DNA from: Candidatus Oleincola secundus
GTDB lineage: Bacteria; Atribacterota; Phoenicimicrobiia; Phoenicimicrobiales; Stramentimicrobiaceae
Length of the DNA: 29,221 nt
Assembly (NCBI GenBank): GCA_018400815.1
Contig: JAGYLS010000015.1
Location: 1-29,221 of the forward strand
Direction of reading: 5' to 3'
This document shows, in pieces, positions 1-10,529 of the stretch. Both the position numbers and the translations under genes were made by a program. The notes beneath the pieces are model-generated. The model had not been told where the DNA came from. It ran no database searches and worked only from the letters and a program-made list of their open reading frames with translations. Position 1 is the first letter of the stretch; each line of letters begins with the position of its first letter.

Positions 1-1
1 T

Positions 2-55
2 AACCTCCGGGTTGGTCTTCGGATATTTGCTATCCTACTCTTCCCTTCATCGGTC
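2..55 (-). ncRNA. Putative T-box riboswitch Stem I, miniature form, truncated by the window edge
   Basis: Minus strand reads GACC-GAUGA-AGGG-AAGAGUA-GGAUA-GCAAA-UAUCC-GAAGACCAA-CCC-GGA-GGUU: basal helix, GA/K-turn motif, AGUA/GAA loop-E pair and a short apical hairpin. It lies just downstream of a sigma70-type promoter. Confidence 0.55.
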
Positions 56-76
56 TTCCGATATAAATTTTTTGTT

Positions 77-105
77 ATTCTATCACCGGTCTCTTTTTTT
101 GTCAA
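77..105 (-). promoter_or_regulatory. Sigma70-type promoter downstream of gyrA
   Basis: TTGACA (105-100), 17-nt spacer, TAGAAT (82-77) preceded by TGn. Confidence 0.75.
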
Positions 106-127
106 AAGAAAATTGTGATATGAAAAA

Positions 128-2659
128 TTAATCAATCACCTGGGATTGTGGGACAGTTGCTACGCTGGCAACCTTGTCATCCTGATCCAGGTTCATAACC
201 TTTACACCCATGGAATTTCTACCGGTACGGCTGATTTCTTTTACCGGAACACGAATAATAATACCTTTTTGGCTGATAATAACCAATTCATCTCTTTCGC
301 TAACCACCTTAACAGATATCACCTCTCCACGTTCTTTGCTAAAACGTATTGATTTTACGCCTTTACAGCCCCTTGCTTTAGCTAAGCGATAAGATTTTAG
401 GTGAGTTCTTTTGCCTGAACCGTTTTCGGTAATTAAAAGCAGGTCCTCTTCAGAATCAGGATTGACCAAGCTGATATCAAGCAAGTAATCGTCTTTTGAT
501 AATATCATCCCTCGGCATCCCATGGCAGTTCTGCCCATAGACCGAATATTTTCGCCGGAAAAGTAAGTTGATTTTCCTTTTCGTGTGCTCAGGATAACAT
601 TATCCCTACCACCTGCCAATCTCACCCTAATTAATTCATCACCGGGATTTAAATTAATAGCAATAATTTCCTTGTTCTTCAAGCTTGAAAATGCACTTAA
701 AGGCGTCTTTTTGACCTTCCCGTTCTTGGTTGCCATATAAAGAAACCATTTGTTTTCCTCTCGAGATTTATTAATCTCATCTGAGCGAATCGGAATAACT
801 GTTGTAATGCGTTCATCTTTTTGGGTTCCTAATAAATTAACGACTGCAATACCTCTTGAAGTCCTTCCTCCTTCGGGAATTTGATAAGCTTTTCTTCGAT
901 ACACTGTCCCTTTGTTAGAGAAAAATAAAATATCATGTAAATTAGTGGTAATATAAAGATTGTCTACTAAATCTTCTTTCTTCACTCCCATTCCAATAAT
1001 ACCTCTGCCGCCTCTTCTCTGTTTCCGGTAAGTATTTAGAGGTAATCGCTTCAAATATCCGTCTTTGGTATAAGTAATGACTATATCCTCTTCGGCAATA
1101 AAATCTTCCACTTCAAATTCTTTTTCTTCTTTAACAATCTGGGTAAGCCGGTTATCTGCATATTTCTTCTTTAAATCCAGGAGTTCGTCTTTTATGGTAA
1201 GCATAAGTTTTCTTTCGTTCTCTAAAATATCCTGCAAATAAGCAATTCTTTTAATTAGCTGTCTATATTCTTCTTCTAATTTCCTTATTTCCAATGAAGT
1301 AAGTCTTTGTAAACGCATATCCAGGATTGCCTGAGCTTGTTTATCGCTAAGGTTAAAGCGTTTTTGGAGTCCCTGATGAGCCGATTGCACATCCTTTGAT
1401 TTTTTAATAATCTGAACCACTTCATCAATATTAGCAAGGGCAATTTTAAGTCCTTCCAAAATATGGGCTCTTTCCCTTGCTTGTTTTAACTCATAACGGG
1501 AGCGACGTTCTACCACATCCTTGCGATGGGCTAAAAAGCTATTTAATGCATCACGCAAATTAAGCAGTTTAGGCTTTCCATCCGAAATAGCTAACATATT
1601 AATACCAAAAGAGGTTTGTAATTTGGTATGTTTATATAGTTTATTTAAAACTACATTTACATTGCTGTTTTTCTTTAATTCAATAACAATCCGCATTCCG
1701 TTTCTATCTGACTCGTCTCTTAATGCGCTAATTTCGGTTATCTTTTTATCTTGAACCAAAGAAGCGATGTCCTCCACCAGGTTGGCTTTATTTACCTGAT
1801 AGGGTAATTCTTTTACAACCAATACTGGTGCAGCTGTTTTGTTTTTCTTTTCAAAATTCTCGGTAATAATTCTAGCCTTCAGGGTAATAATGCCTTTTCC
1901 TGTCTGATATGCTTGCTGTATTCCCGATAAACCATAAATAGTAGCACCGGTTGGAAAATCAGGTCCCGGTAGTACTGTCATAATTTCTTTGATTTCTGCT
2001 TCCGGCTTATCAATTAGCATAACACAGGCATCAATTGCTTCTCCGAGGTTATGTGGCGGAATATTAGTAGCCATACCTACCGCAATACCGGAGGACCCGT
2101 TTATTAATAATTGAGGAACAGGGGCCGGCAATACCGTCGGCTCCTCCAGAGAATTATCAAAATTAGGGACAAAATCAACTGTATCTTTTTTGATATCGAC
2201 AAGTAACTCTTGTGCAAGAGGAGACATTCTGACCTCAGTATAACGCATGGCTGCTGCCGAATCGCCGTCAATGGAGCCAAAATTACCCTGCCCGTCTGCC
2301 AGCGGATAACGAATGGAAAAATCCTGTGCCATCCTGACAATAGTGTCATAGACCGCCGTATCACCATGTGGATGATATTTACCTAGGGTATCCCCTACAA
2401 TTCTGGCTGATTTTTTGTGTGGTCTATCCGGGGTATTCCCTAACTTATACATAGAATAAAGAACACGTCTATGTACCGGTTTTAATCCATCACGGACATC
2501 CGGAATCGCCCTGCCTATAATAACACTCATGGCATAATTTAAATAGGCAGTTTTTATTTCACCTGTAATATCAGTGGGCATTTCCTGGGGTCTTGAGACT
2601 TCTATTTCTTCTATTTCTTCTTTTTCTTCCTGATTTTCTTTGCTTTCATCGTTACTCAT
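128..2659 (-). CDS. gyrA: DNA gyrase subunit A
   Basis: RDGLKPVHRR, YHPHGD, catalytic AAMRYTE, GyrA-box QRRGGRG; follows gyrB. Confidence 0.98.
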   Translation of the reverse strand: MSNDESKENQEEKEEIEEIEVSRPQEMPTDITGEIKTAYLNYAMSVIIGRAIPDVRDGLKPVHRRVLYSMYKLGNTPDRPHKKSARIVGDTLGKYHPHGDTAVYDTIVRMAQDFSIRYPLADGQGNFGSIDGDSAAAMRYTEVRMSPLAQELLVDIKKDTVDFVPNFDNSLEEPTVLPAPVPQLLINGSSGIAVGMATNIPPHNLGEAIDACVMLIDKPEAEIKEIMTVLPGPDFPTGATIYGLSGIQQAYQTGKGIITLKARIITENFEKKNKTAAPVLVVKELPYQVNKANLVEDIASLVQDKKITEISALRDESDRNGMRIVIELKKNSNVNVVLNKLYKHTKLQTSFGINMLAISDGKPKLLNLRDALNSFLAHRKDVVERRSRYELKQARERAHILEGLKIALANIDEVVQIIKKSKDVQSAHQGLQKRFNLSDKQAQAILDMRLQRLTSLEIRKLEEEYRQLIKRIAYLQDILENERKLMLTIKDELLDLKKKYADNRLTQIVKEEKEFEVEDFIAEEDIVITYTKDGYLKRLPLNTYRKQRRGGRGIIGMGVKKEDLVDNLYITTNLHDILFFSNKGTVYRRKAYQIPEGGRTSRGIAVVNLLGTQKDERITTVIPIRSDEINKSREENKWFLYMATKNGKVKKTPLSAFSSLKNKEIIAINLNPGDELIRVRLAGGRDNVILSTRKGKSTYFSGENIRSMGRTAMGCRGMILSKDDYLLDISLVNPDSEEDLLLITENGSGKRTHLKSYRLAKARGCKGVKSIRFSKERGEVISVKVVSERDELVIISQKGIIIRVPVKEISRTGRNSMGVKVMNLDQDDKVASVATVPQSQVID

Positions 2660-2711
2660 AATATACCAACTCGTTTTTTAATTTCTTTTTCTTTTCTAAA
2701 TTTTAAAAATA

Positions 2712-4715
<2,004 letters not shown>

Positions 4716-4741
4716 TTATATTTAGTAGCTTGTTAGTCATT

Positions 4742-4770
4742 ATAATACTATATAATAAAAATTTTGTCAA
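4742..4770 (-). promoter_or_regulatory. Putative gyrB promoter
   Basis: TTGACA (4770-4765), 17-nt spacer, TATTAT (4747-4742); an overlapping TATAAT lies at 4744-4739. Confidence 0.6.
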
Positions 4771-4885
4771 TAAATAAGCCGTGAAAGATTGTCTTATTGT
4801 GCATTTAAAATACTTTTTTATATGTTTTATTAATTACTTTTATATATAGTATATTTTAATAAATAAAGAAACTATATGTTATACT

Positions 4886-5203
4886 TTATTTATCTTTAAA
4901 GTATTTGGTGTCGATTCTAATAATAATATTTTTTACTATATTATGCCCAATATTTTGATTTATTAAATTTATAATCTCACCTTTTCTTATTTTTAATTCA
5001 TTAGCCCAAACATGATTTTTAACTCTAATAAAGAGATTATTATCTTGAATTTTTATAGGTTTAGCATTAAGGGCAATTTTATTTGGAATAAAATCTTCCC
5101 ATGACTGAAATATATTATACCCGTTAATCCTCTGTGTCCAATTACGGTCTTTTAAATAGGAATTAATAATCTCTCCAATATGTTTTGGGGGAATATTTTT
5201 CAT
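4886..5203 (-). CDS. dciA: DUF721 / DciA-family helicase-loading protein
   Basis: 105 aa immediately after recF (ATGA overlap). Pattern I..SW..I...IA..A.P..I....L.I.V....WA.EL......I...IN...G...V..I.I is typical of DUF721. Confidence 0.75.
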   Translation of the reverse strand: MKNIPPKHIGEIINSYLKDRNWTQRINGYNIFQSWEDFIPNKIALNAKPIKIQDNNLFIRVKNHVWANELKIRKGEIINLINQNIGHNIVKNIIIRIDTKYFKDK

Positions 5204-6345
5204 TGTTCTTCCACTGTTCCGTTTTTTACTTGAAAAATTTTTGCACTTTTAATTACATCCATCTCTGATAAATTGTCCAGTCTAATACTGGTAATAAATG
5301 TCTGCACAGCTCTTTCTTTTATTAACTGAATTAAAAAAATTCTTCTTTCCGGATCAAGTTCAGACATAACATCATCCAATAACAATGGAGGATATTCGTT
5401 TTCTTTTTCCTTAAGAAGTTCCAGTTCAGCAAGTTTTAGAGATAATACAGCTGTTCTTTGTTGCCCCTGTGAACCATAAATACCCAAATCAACAGTATTA
5501 TTCATTATAAAATAATCATCTCGGTGTGGACCTATGGTGGTTACCTTTAGTTGAAAGTCTTTTTCAAGAGCATTTTTTAATTTTAAGTTCATAATTTTAC
5601 TTATTTCCTCTTTGTCGTCAGTATAATCAGTTAATACATTACTATTATATTTAAGTTTTATTGTTTCTTTATTTTCAGTCATCATCTGATGAAATATTTT
5701 TGCTTTTTGATTTATTTTTTGAAGAATTTTAATTCTATATAAAATAATTAATGTCCCTAATTCTATAATTTTTTGGTCCCAGGCTGCTAATTGATTAGTA
5801 ATTTCATGTTTACTTCTTTCATTTTTCAGTAATGTGTTCCTTTGAAATAAAATTCGGTTATAATTCTTTAAATATTGATAATAAGTTGGGTTAATATTTA
5901 TAATCACTTCATCCAAGAATTTTCTTCGTATAGAAGGAGCACTTTTAATAATTTGAAGATCTTCTGGTGTAAAAATAATAGGATTAAATTTTTTGAAAAG
6001 CCCTGCTTTTTTTTGATATTTTTTATTTACTTTAATGATTTTTTTAAGTTGAGTAGTCTGATTTTCGGACTTCTCATTATTTTGCAGTAAAATATTAATA
6101 TGAAAAATTTCTTCGTTTCGTTCAACTTCTCCTAAAATGTAAGTTTTTCCTTTATTCCAGTTAATTAAATTACTATCATCGGCTGTGCGATAAGAACTTC
6201 CTCTCATTAAAGTATAAATAGATTCAATAATATTAGTTTTACCCTGTGCATTATTACCAATAAAAATATTTAAGGAAGAATTAAAGTTAATAGATAAATC
6301 TGATAAATTTCTAAAATGAATCAGCCGTATTTTTTTGACATTCAA
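5200..6345 (-). CDS. recF: DNA replication and repair protein RecF
   Basis: Walker A GNNAQGKTN, GPHRDD, GSQGQQR, LLLDDVMSELD; TTG start. Confidence 0.97.
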   Translation of the reverse strand: MNVKKIRLIHFRNLSDLSINFNSSLNIFIGNNAQGKTNIIESIYTLMRGSSYRTADDSNLINWNKGKTYILGEVERNEEIFHINILLQNNEKSENQTTQLKKIIKVNKKYQKKAGLFKKFNPIIFTPEDLQIIKSAPSIRRKFLDEVIININPTYYQYLKNYNRILFQRNTLLKNERSKHEITNQLAAWDQKIIELGTLIILYRIKILQKINQKAKIFHQMMTENKETIKLKYNSNVLTDYTDDKEEISKIMNLKLKNALEKDFQLKVTTIGPHRDDYFIMNNTVDLGIYGSQGQQRTAVLSLKLAELELLKEKENEYPPLLLDDVMSELDPERRIFLIQLIKERAVQTFITSIRLDNLSEMDVIKSAKIFQVKNGTVEEQ

Positions 6346-6366
6346 ATTATTTTCCTTCCTCTATTT

Positions 6367-7539
6367 TTAATCCATTCGTACTGGCATTAATATATAACTA
6401 TATTGTTTTTCTTTATCGATTGGCCTAATCATAGCGGGATTTAAATTTTCATTTAGTTTCATTTCTGTATTATCTGTTTTGATAACTCTCAAAACGTCCA
6501 TTATATAACGGGAATTAAAGGCAATTTCTACATAATCTCCTTCAATAATACAGGGAATTTGTTCATAAGCATCACCAATATCAGGAGTCTTGACCCGAAT
6601 AATTATCTCTCCTCTATTCTCTCCTTTTTGCTGTTTAAAATTATGAACTTCCATTTTTACTGTATTTAAATCCTCTTTTACAAATAGTGTAATTCTTTCC
6701 ATTCTTTGTCTAAACTCTTCGGTTTCTATTTTAACAGTTGTTTTAAATTGACTGGGAATAATTTGATGATAATCCGGAAATTTTCCATCAATAATTCGAG
6801 AAAATACCCTGATTTTGTTTTTATCTCCTTCCGGATCCAATATAAACACTACCTGTTTTTCTCCTATGCCTATTTCAACCAACCCTTCGTCTTCAAGGGA
6901 AAGTAATTTAACTAATTCAGATAGCGCTCGTTGAGGAATAATAACTTCAAACTCGTTTTCTGCTGTTATTTTACTTTTTTCAGCTAATTTTATTTTTTTT
7001 AGAGCTAAGCGATGACTATCGGTAGCAGCAACTTCAATTCCATTTTCTATTCTTTTAAATAATAAACCGTTTAAAAATGAACGATTTTCATCTTTAGAAG
7101 CAGCTAATATAACTTCCTGAATAGTGTCTTTTAATAATTTTTTTGTTAGTTTTATCTTTGTTTTACTTTGAATATCCGGAAAAGGTGAAAATTCTTCGGC
7201 AGAAAAGCCAAAGATTTTATAATTAGAGGAGTCTTCTTCTTTAAGATAAATAATATTATCTTCCCCTGCTTCAATTTCTATATTTCCTTCCGGAAATTTT
7301 CTAATTAAATCGCTAAATATTTTATTTGGTATAACAACTGAACCATGTTCAATTATTTGGGCTGAAATATAACAATCAATCCCTATTTCCAAATCAGTTG
7401 AAAAAAGATGAATTTTATTATCTTTACTTGCTTCAAAAAGTATACCGTTGTATATGGGTAAACCAAGTTTTGTAGAAATTGCTTTTTGAACTTTTTGAAT
7501 TCCGTTAACCAAACTCTTTTGTGAACAAATAACTTTCAT
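6367..7539 (-). CDS. dnaN: DNA polymerase III beta sliding clamp
   Basis: STDLEI, ATDSHRLA, GKFPDY, FNSRYIMDVL, C-terminal ILMPVR; downstream of dnaA. Confidence 0.97.
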   Translation of the reverse strand: MKVICSQKSLVNGIQKVQKAISTKLGLPIYNGILFEASKDNKIHLFSTDLEIGIDCYISAQIIEHGSVVIPNKIFSDLIRKFPEGNIEIEAGEDNIIYLKEEDSSNYKIFGFSAEEFSPFPDIQSKTKIKLTKKLLKDTIQEVILAASKDENRSFLNGLLFKRIENGIEVAATDSHRLALKKIKLAEKSKITAENEFEVIIPQRALSELVKLLSLEDEGLVEIGIGEKQVVFILDPEGDKNKIRVFSRIIDGKFPDYHQIIPSQFKTTVKIETEEFRQRMERITLFVKEDLNTVKMEVHNFKQQKGENRGEIIIRVKTPDIGDAYEQIPCIIEGDYVEIAFNSRYIMDVLRVIKTDNTEMKLNENLNPAMIRPIDKEKQYSYILMPVRMD

Positions 7540-7585
7540 TATTTTTCTCCCCTTATCTATTACCGAAGATTAATTTTAACTAAAT

Positions 7586-7721
7586 TTTTATATATATAAA
7601 TAGTATTAGAAGTAGTAATACTGTTAATAATGTTAATAACATTATTATTGTTTTATTTTTTGATAATTAAAGGTGTGAATATAATTCTTAATAACATTAT
7701 TTTTAATTAACAATATTCACA
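7586..7721 (-). other. oriC unwinding region: DnaA-box variants, DnaA-trios and AT-rich tract
   Basis: Minus strand TTATTAACA-TTATTAACA-G-TATTACTACTTCTAATACTA-TTTATATATATAAAAA (boxes 7622-7639, trios 7601-7620). Same layout as the B. subtilis dnaA-dnaN unwinding site. More box-like 9-mers at 7674-7682, 7704-7712 and 7713-7721. Confidence 0.8.
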
Positions 7722-7761
7722 ATTACATTTTAAAGGAAAAAATATCTTAAATTATAAAATA

Positions 7762-9132
7762 TTATGAACCATTTGGGCTATTTTGTATCTGATTAATTAA
7801 TCTATCAATATTGTATTTTATTTTTTTATCATTTTTTAGTTGTTCTTTTATTTTATTACAGGAATGAATTACAGTGGTATGATCTTTCCCCCCAAAAGAA
7901 TCACCAATTGCTGTGAGAGAATAATCTGTTAATTCTTTTGCTAGATACATAGCAATATGACGTGCTGTCACTATATTTCTAGCCCTTTTCTTTGATAATA
8001 ATATACTGGGTTTTAAATTAAAATATTCTGCTGTATGTTTTTGAATTAGCTGGATAGAAATTTCTTTTTCCTCAATAGCAATAAAGTCTTTTAAAATTTG
8101 TTTGGCTAAAGAAAAATCTATCTCTGTTTGAGTTAAAATTGCATAAGCATCCAGCTTATTTAAAGCCCCCTCTAATTGACGAATGTTAGTAGAAATTTTA
8201 TTGGCGATATAATGAATTATCTCTTCGGATATTTCAATTTGGCAGCTTTGACCCTTTTTCTGTAAGATTGCTATTCTCGTTTCCAGATCAGGTGCTGAAA
8301 TATCAGTAATTAAACCCCATTCAAATCTAGAAATAAGGCGATTTTCTAAACTGGTTATTTCTTTAGGAGGTCGATCAGAGGTAATTACAATCTGTTTGCC
8401 TGCATTGTATAAGGCATTGAAGGTATGAAAAAATTCCTCTTGTGTTTTTTCTTTTCCTGCCAGAAACTGGATATCATCAATTAGTAAAACATCAAAGTTG
8501 CGATATTTATCCCGAAAGGATTCAGTAGCGTCATCACGGATAGAGTTGATTAATTCATTAGTAAATTTTTCAGAAGAAATATAGGCTATATTAATTGAAT
8601 GAACTGAATTTTTATTAATAATATAATTACCAATAGCATTCATAAGATGAGTTTTCCCAAGGCCTACTCCTCCATATACAAACAATGGATTATAAGATTT
8701 TGCTGGTGATTGGGCTACTGCTGTACAGGCAGCATGGGCAAAACGATTACTATCCCCAATTACAAAATTATTAAAGGTATAACCGGTGTTTAAGCCAGTT
8801 TTGTTATATTTTTTTTGTAGGTCATCATGGTTGATTGCTTCTTTTTTCCCTTTAAGCTTTCCCTGATTTTTTACAGAGTTAATATGAAATTTAATTAATA
8901 TATTATCATCGAGACCAATTTGATCAACAAGTATATCTTTTATAAACTGATAATAGTTTTTTTCCAACCAATTTTTACAGAATAAATTTGGTACCGCTAA
9001 AATCAGTTCGTTGTTTTTAAAGTCAATATATTTAACTCCGGAAAACCAGGTGTTAAATATCTGTGGGCTTAAATTTTCTTGGATTATTTTTAAAACGTCT
9101 TCCCATTGATTATTAAGTTGGTTATAGCTCAT
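7762..9132 (-). CDS. dnaA: Chromosomal replication initiator DnaA
   Basis: YNPLFVYGGVGLGKTHLM, LLIDDIQF, RLISRF, domain IV FGGKDHTTV. Confidence 0.99.
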   Translation of the reverse strand: MSYNQLNNQWEDVLKIIQENLSPQIFNTWFSGVKYIDFKNNELILAVPNLFCKNWLEKNYYQFIKDILVDQIGLDDNILIKFHINSVKNQGKLKGKKEAINHDDLQKKYNKTGLNTGYTFNNFVIGDSNRFAHAACTAVAQSPAKSYNPLFVYGGVGLGKTHLMNAIGNYIINKNSVHSINIAYISSEKFTNELINSIRDDATESFRDKYRNFDVLLIDDIQFLAGKEKTQEEFFHTFNALYNAGKQIVITSDRPPKEITSLENRLISRFEWGLITDISAPDLETRIAILQKKGQSCQIEISEEIIHYIANKISTNIRQLEGALNKLDAYAILTQTEIDFSLAKQILKDFIAIEEKEISIQLIQKHTAEYFNLKPSILLSKKRARNIVTARHIAMYLAKELTDYSLTAIGDSFGGKDHTTVIHSCNKIKEQLKNDKKIKYNIDRLINQIQNSPNGS

Positions 9133-9221
9133 ATTGATCCTTTTTGTTTAGTTTGTGCCGATTAATTATTTATTAAAAAATCATCTAATTCTAGCAAAAG
9201 AGTGCCTAAAATTTAAAAAAC

Positions 9222-9396
9222 TTATTCACATTATTAACAATTCCCTGTGGAAAACAGTCAATTTGAAATTAGTTGGGAAAAAACATCACTTTTGGGAATA
9301 AATCCTTTTTAAAACGTTAAAGCATCCCTGACTGTTAATGACTAAAAATAAGGGGTTTTCACTTAATCCACAATTTATTAACAATTGTGGAAAACA
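9222..9396. promoter_or_regulatory. DnaA-box cluster upstream of dnaA (second half of a bipartite oriC and/or dnaA autoregulation)
   Basis: TTATTCACA 9222-9230, TTATTAACA 9231-9239, TGTGGAAAA 9246-9254; TAATCCACA 9364-9372, TTATTAACA 9375-9383, TGTGGAAAA 9386-9394. Confidence 0.75.
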
Positions 9397-9557
9397 ATAA
9401 ATTAAATTTTAACTAATAACGTGAATTTTCATTTCAATATCATTATATCACCATTATAATAGCAAACAAGGCAATAAAAATAAAGATTATTTTTCTAAAC
9501 TTCTATTAATAATGATATGATAAATTTATTAAGGTTATAGACCTTTTAAAAGATAAC

Positions 9558-9586
9558 TTGCAATAGTAATAAAAATAGGATAGACT
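9558..9586 (+). promoter_or_regulatory. Putative rpmH promoter
   Basis: TTGCAA, 17-nt spacer, TAGACT. The region is AT-rich, so other candidates exist. Confidence 0.4.
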
Positions 9587-9725
9587 ATTGCATTATTTGG
9601 CATATTTATATTAATATTATTAAAGATTTGTTTTAAATTTATAATATATTACTTATAGTAACAAATATAATATATGTTCAGGTAATAAAGAACAAGAATT
9701 TTGTGCAAAAGGAGAATTAATTCTA

Positions 9726-9866
9726 ATGAAGCGCACCTATCAGCCCAATACTCGTAAAAAGTTAAAGGTTCACGGTTTTCGTAATCGTATGAGCACTCGA
9801 AGCGGAAGGCTTATATTAAAACGAAGAAGAAAAAAAGGAAGGAAAAAATTAACCGTTTCCGGTTAG
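9726..9866 (+). CDS. rpmH: 50S ribosomal protein L34 (not in ORF track)
   Basis: Hand translation [54 protein letters not shown] upstream. Confidence 0.97.
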   Translation: MKRTYQPNTRKKLKVHGFRNRMSTRSGRLILKRRRKKGRKKLTVSG

Positions 9867-9873
9867 AAAAAAG

Positions 9874-10191
9874 TTGACTATTCAGAAATTAAAAAAAAGT
9901 AACGAATTTAGGCATGTTTTTTCAACTGGAAATAGAAAAATAGGCAGGTATGTTATACTTTATATGTTACCCCTAAAACAGGATAACAATAGAGTTGGCA
10001 TTGTTACTAAAAAAAATATCGGAAATGCGGTTCAGAGAAATAAAGTTAAGCGGATATTAAGAGAAATCTGGCGCACCAGGTGTAATCAATTAATATCCGG
10101 CTATGATATTATAATTCTGGCCAGAAAAAAAATTGTACAGGCTCGATATAATGAGATCGAGGCTGAATTAGTAAAATTAATACAATCATAA
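9874..10191 (+). CDS. rnpA: Ribonuclease P protein component
   Basis: RVGIVTKKNIGNAVQRNKVKRILRE (RNR-type motif); follows rpmH. Confidence 0.95.
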   Translation: MTIQKLKKSNEFRHVFSTGNRKIGRYVILYMLPLKQDNNRVGIVTKKNIGNAVQRNKVKRILREIWRTRCNQLISGYDIIILARKKIVQARYNEIEAELVKLIQS

Positions 10192-10221
10192 AGGCTATTT
10201 ATCTTACAATAAGATGGTAGA

Positions 10222-10446
10222 ATGTATTTAATGAGTAAAATATTAATTGTTTTAATTGTTTTTTATCAAAAATATATTTCTCCCCTAAAACCTGCAACTT
10301 GCAGGTTTTACCCCAGTTGTTCAGATTATGCTATTCAAGCGATTCAAAAACATGGTTTTTATAAAGGGATTTTTCTGGCAATCAGGAGAATATTAAAATG
10401 CCATCCTTATCATGCCGGCGGATATGACCCTGTTCCTGATAAGTAA
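10222..10446 (+). CDS. yidD: Membrane protein insertion efficiency factor YidD
   Basis: [33 protein letters not shown]; start could be 10231. Confidence 0.95.
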   Translation: MYLMSKILIVLIVFYQKYISPLKPATCRFYPSCSDYAIQAIQKHGFYKGIFLAIRRILKCHPYHAGGYDPVPDK

Positions 10447-10529
10447 TCTGAACCAAGCAATATTTGATAAATAGCAATAATAAGGTGATTATAAGCATAT
10501 AATGTTAAGTAGAAAAGGAGATTAATATT

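Noticed and set aside
2350..2375. GyrA Thr at the Ser83-equivalent quinolone position (HPHGDTAVYD)
   Set aside because: Thr is the wild-type residue in several quinolone-susceptible taxa, so it is not evidence of resistance.
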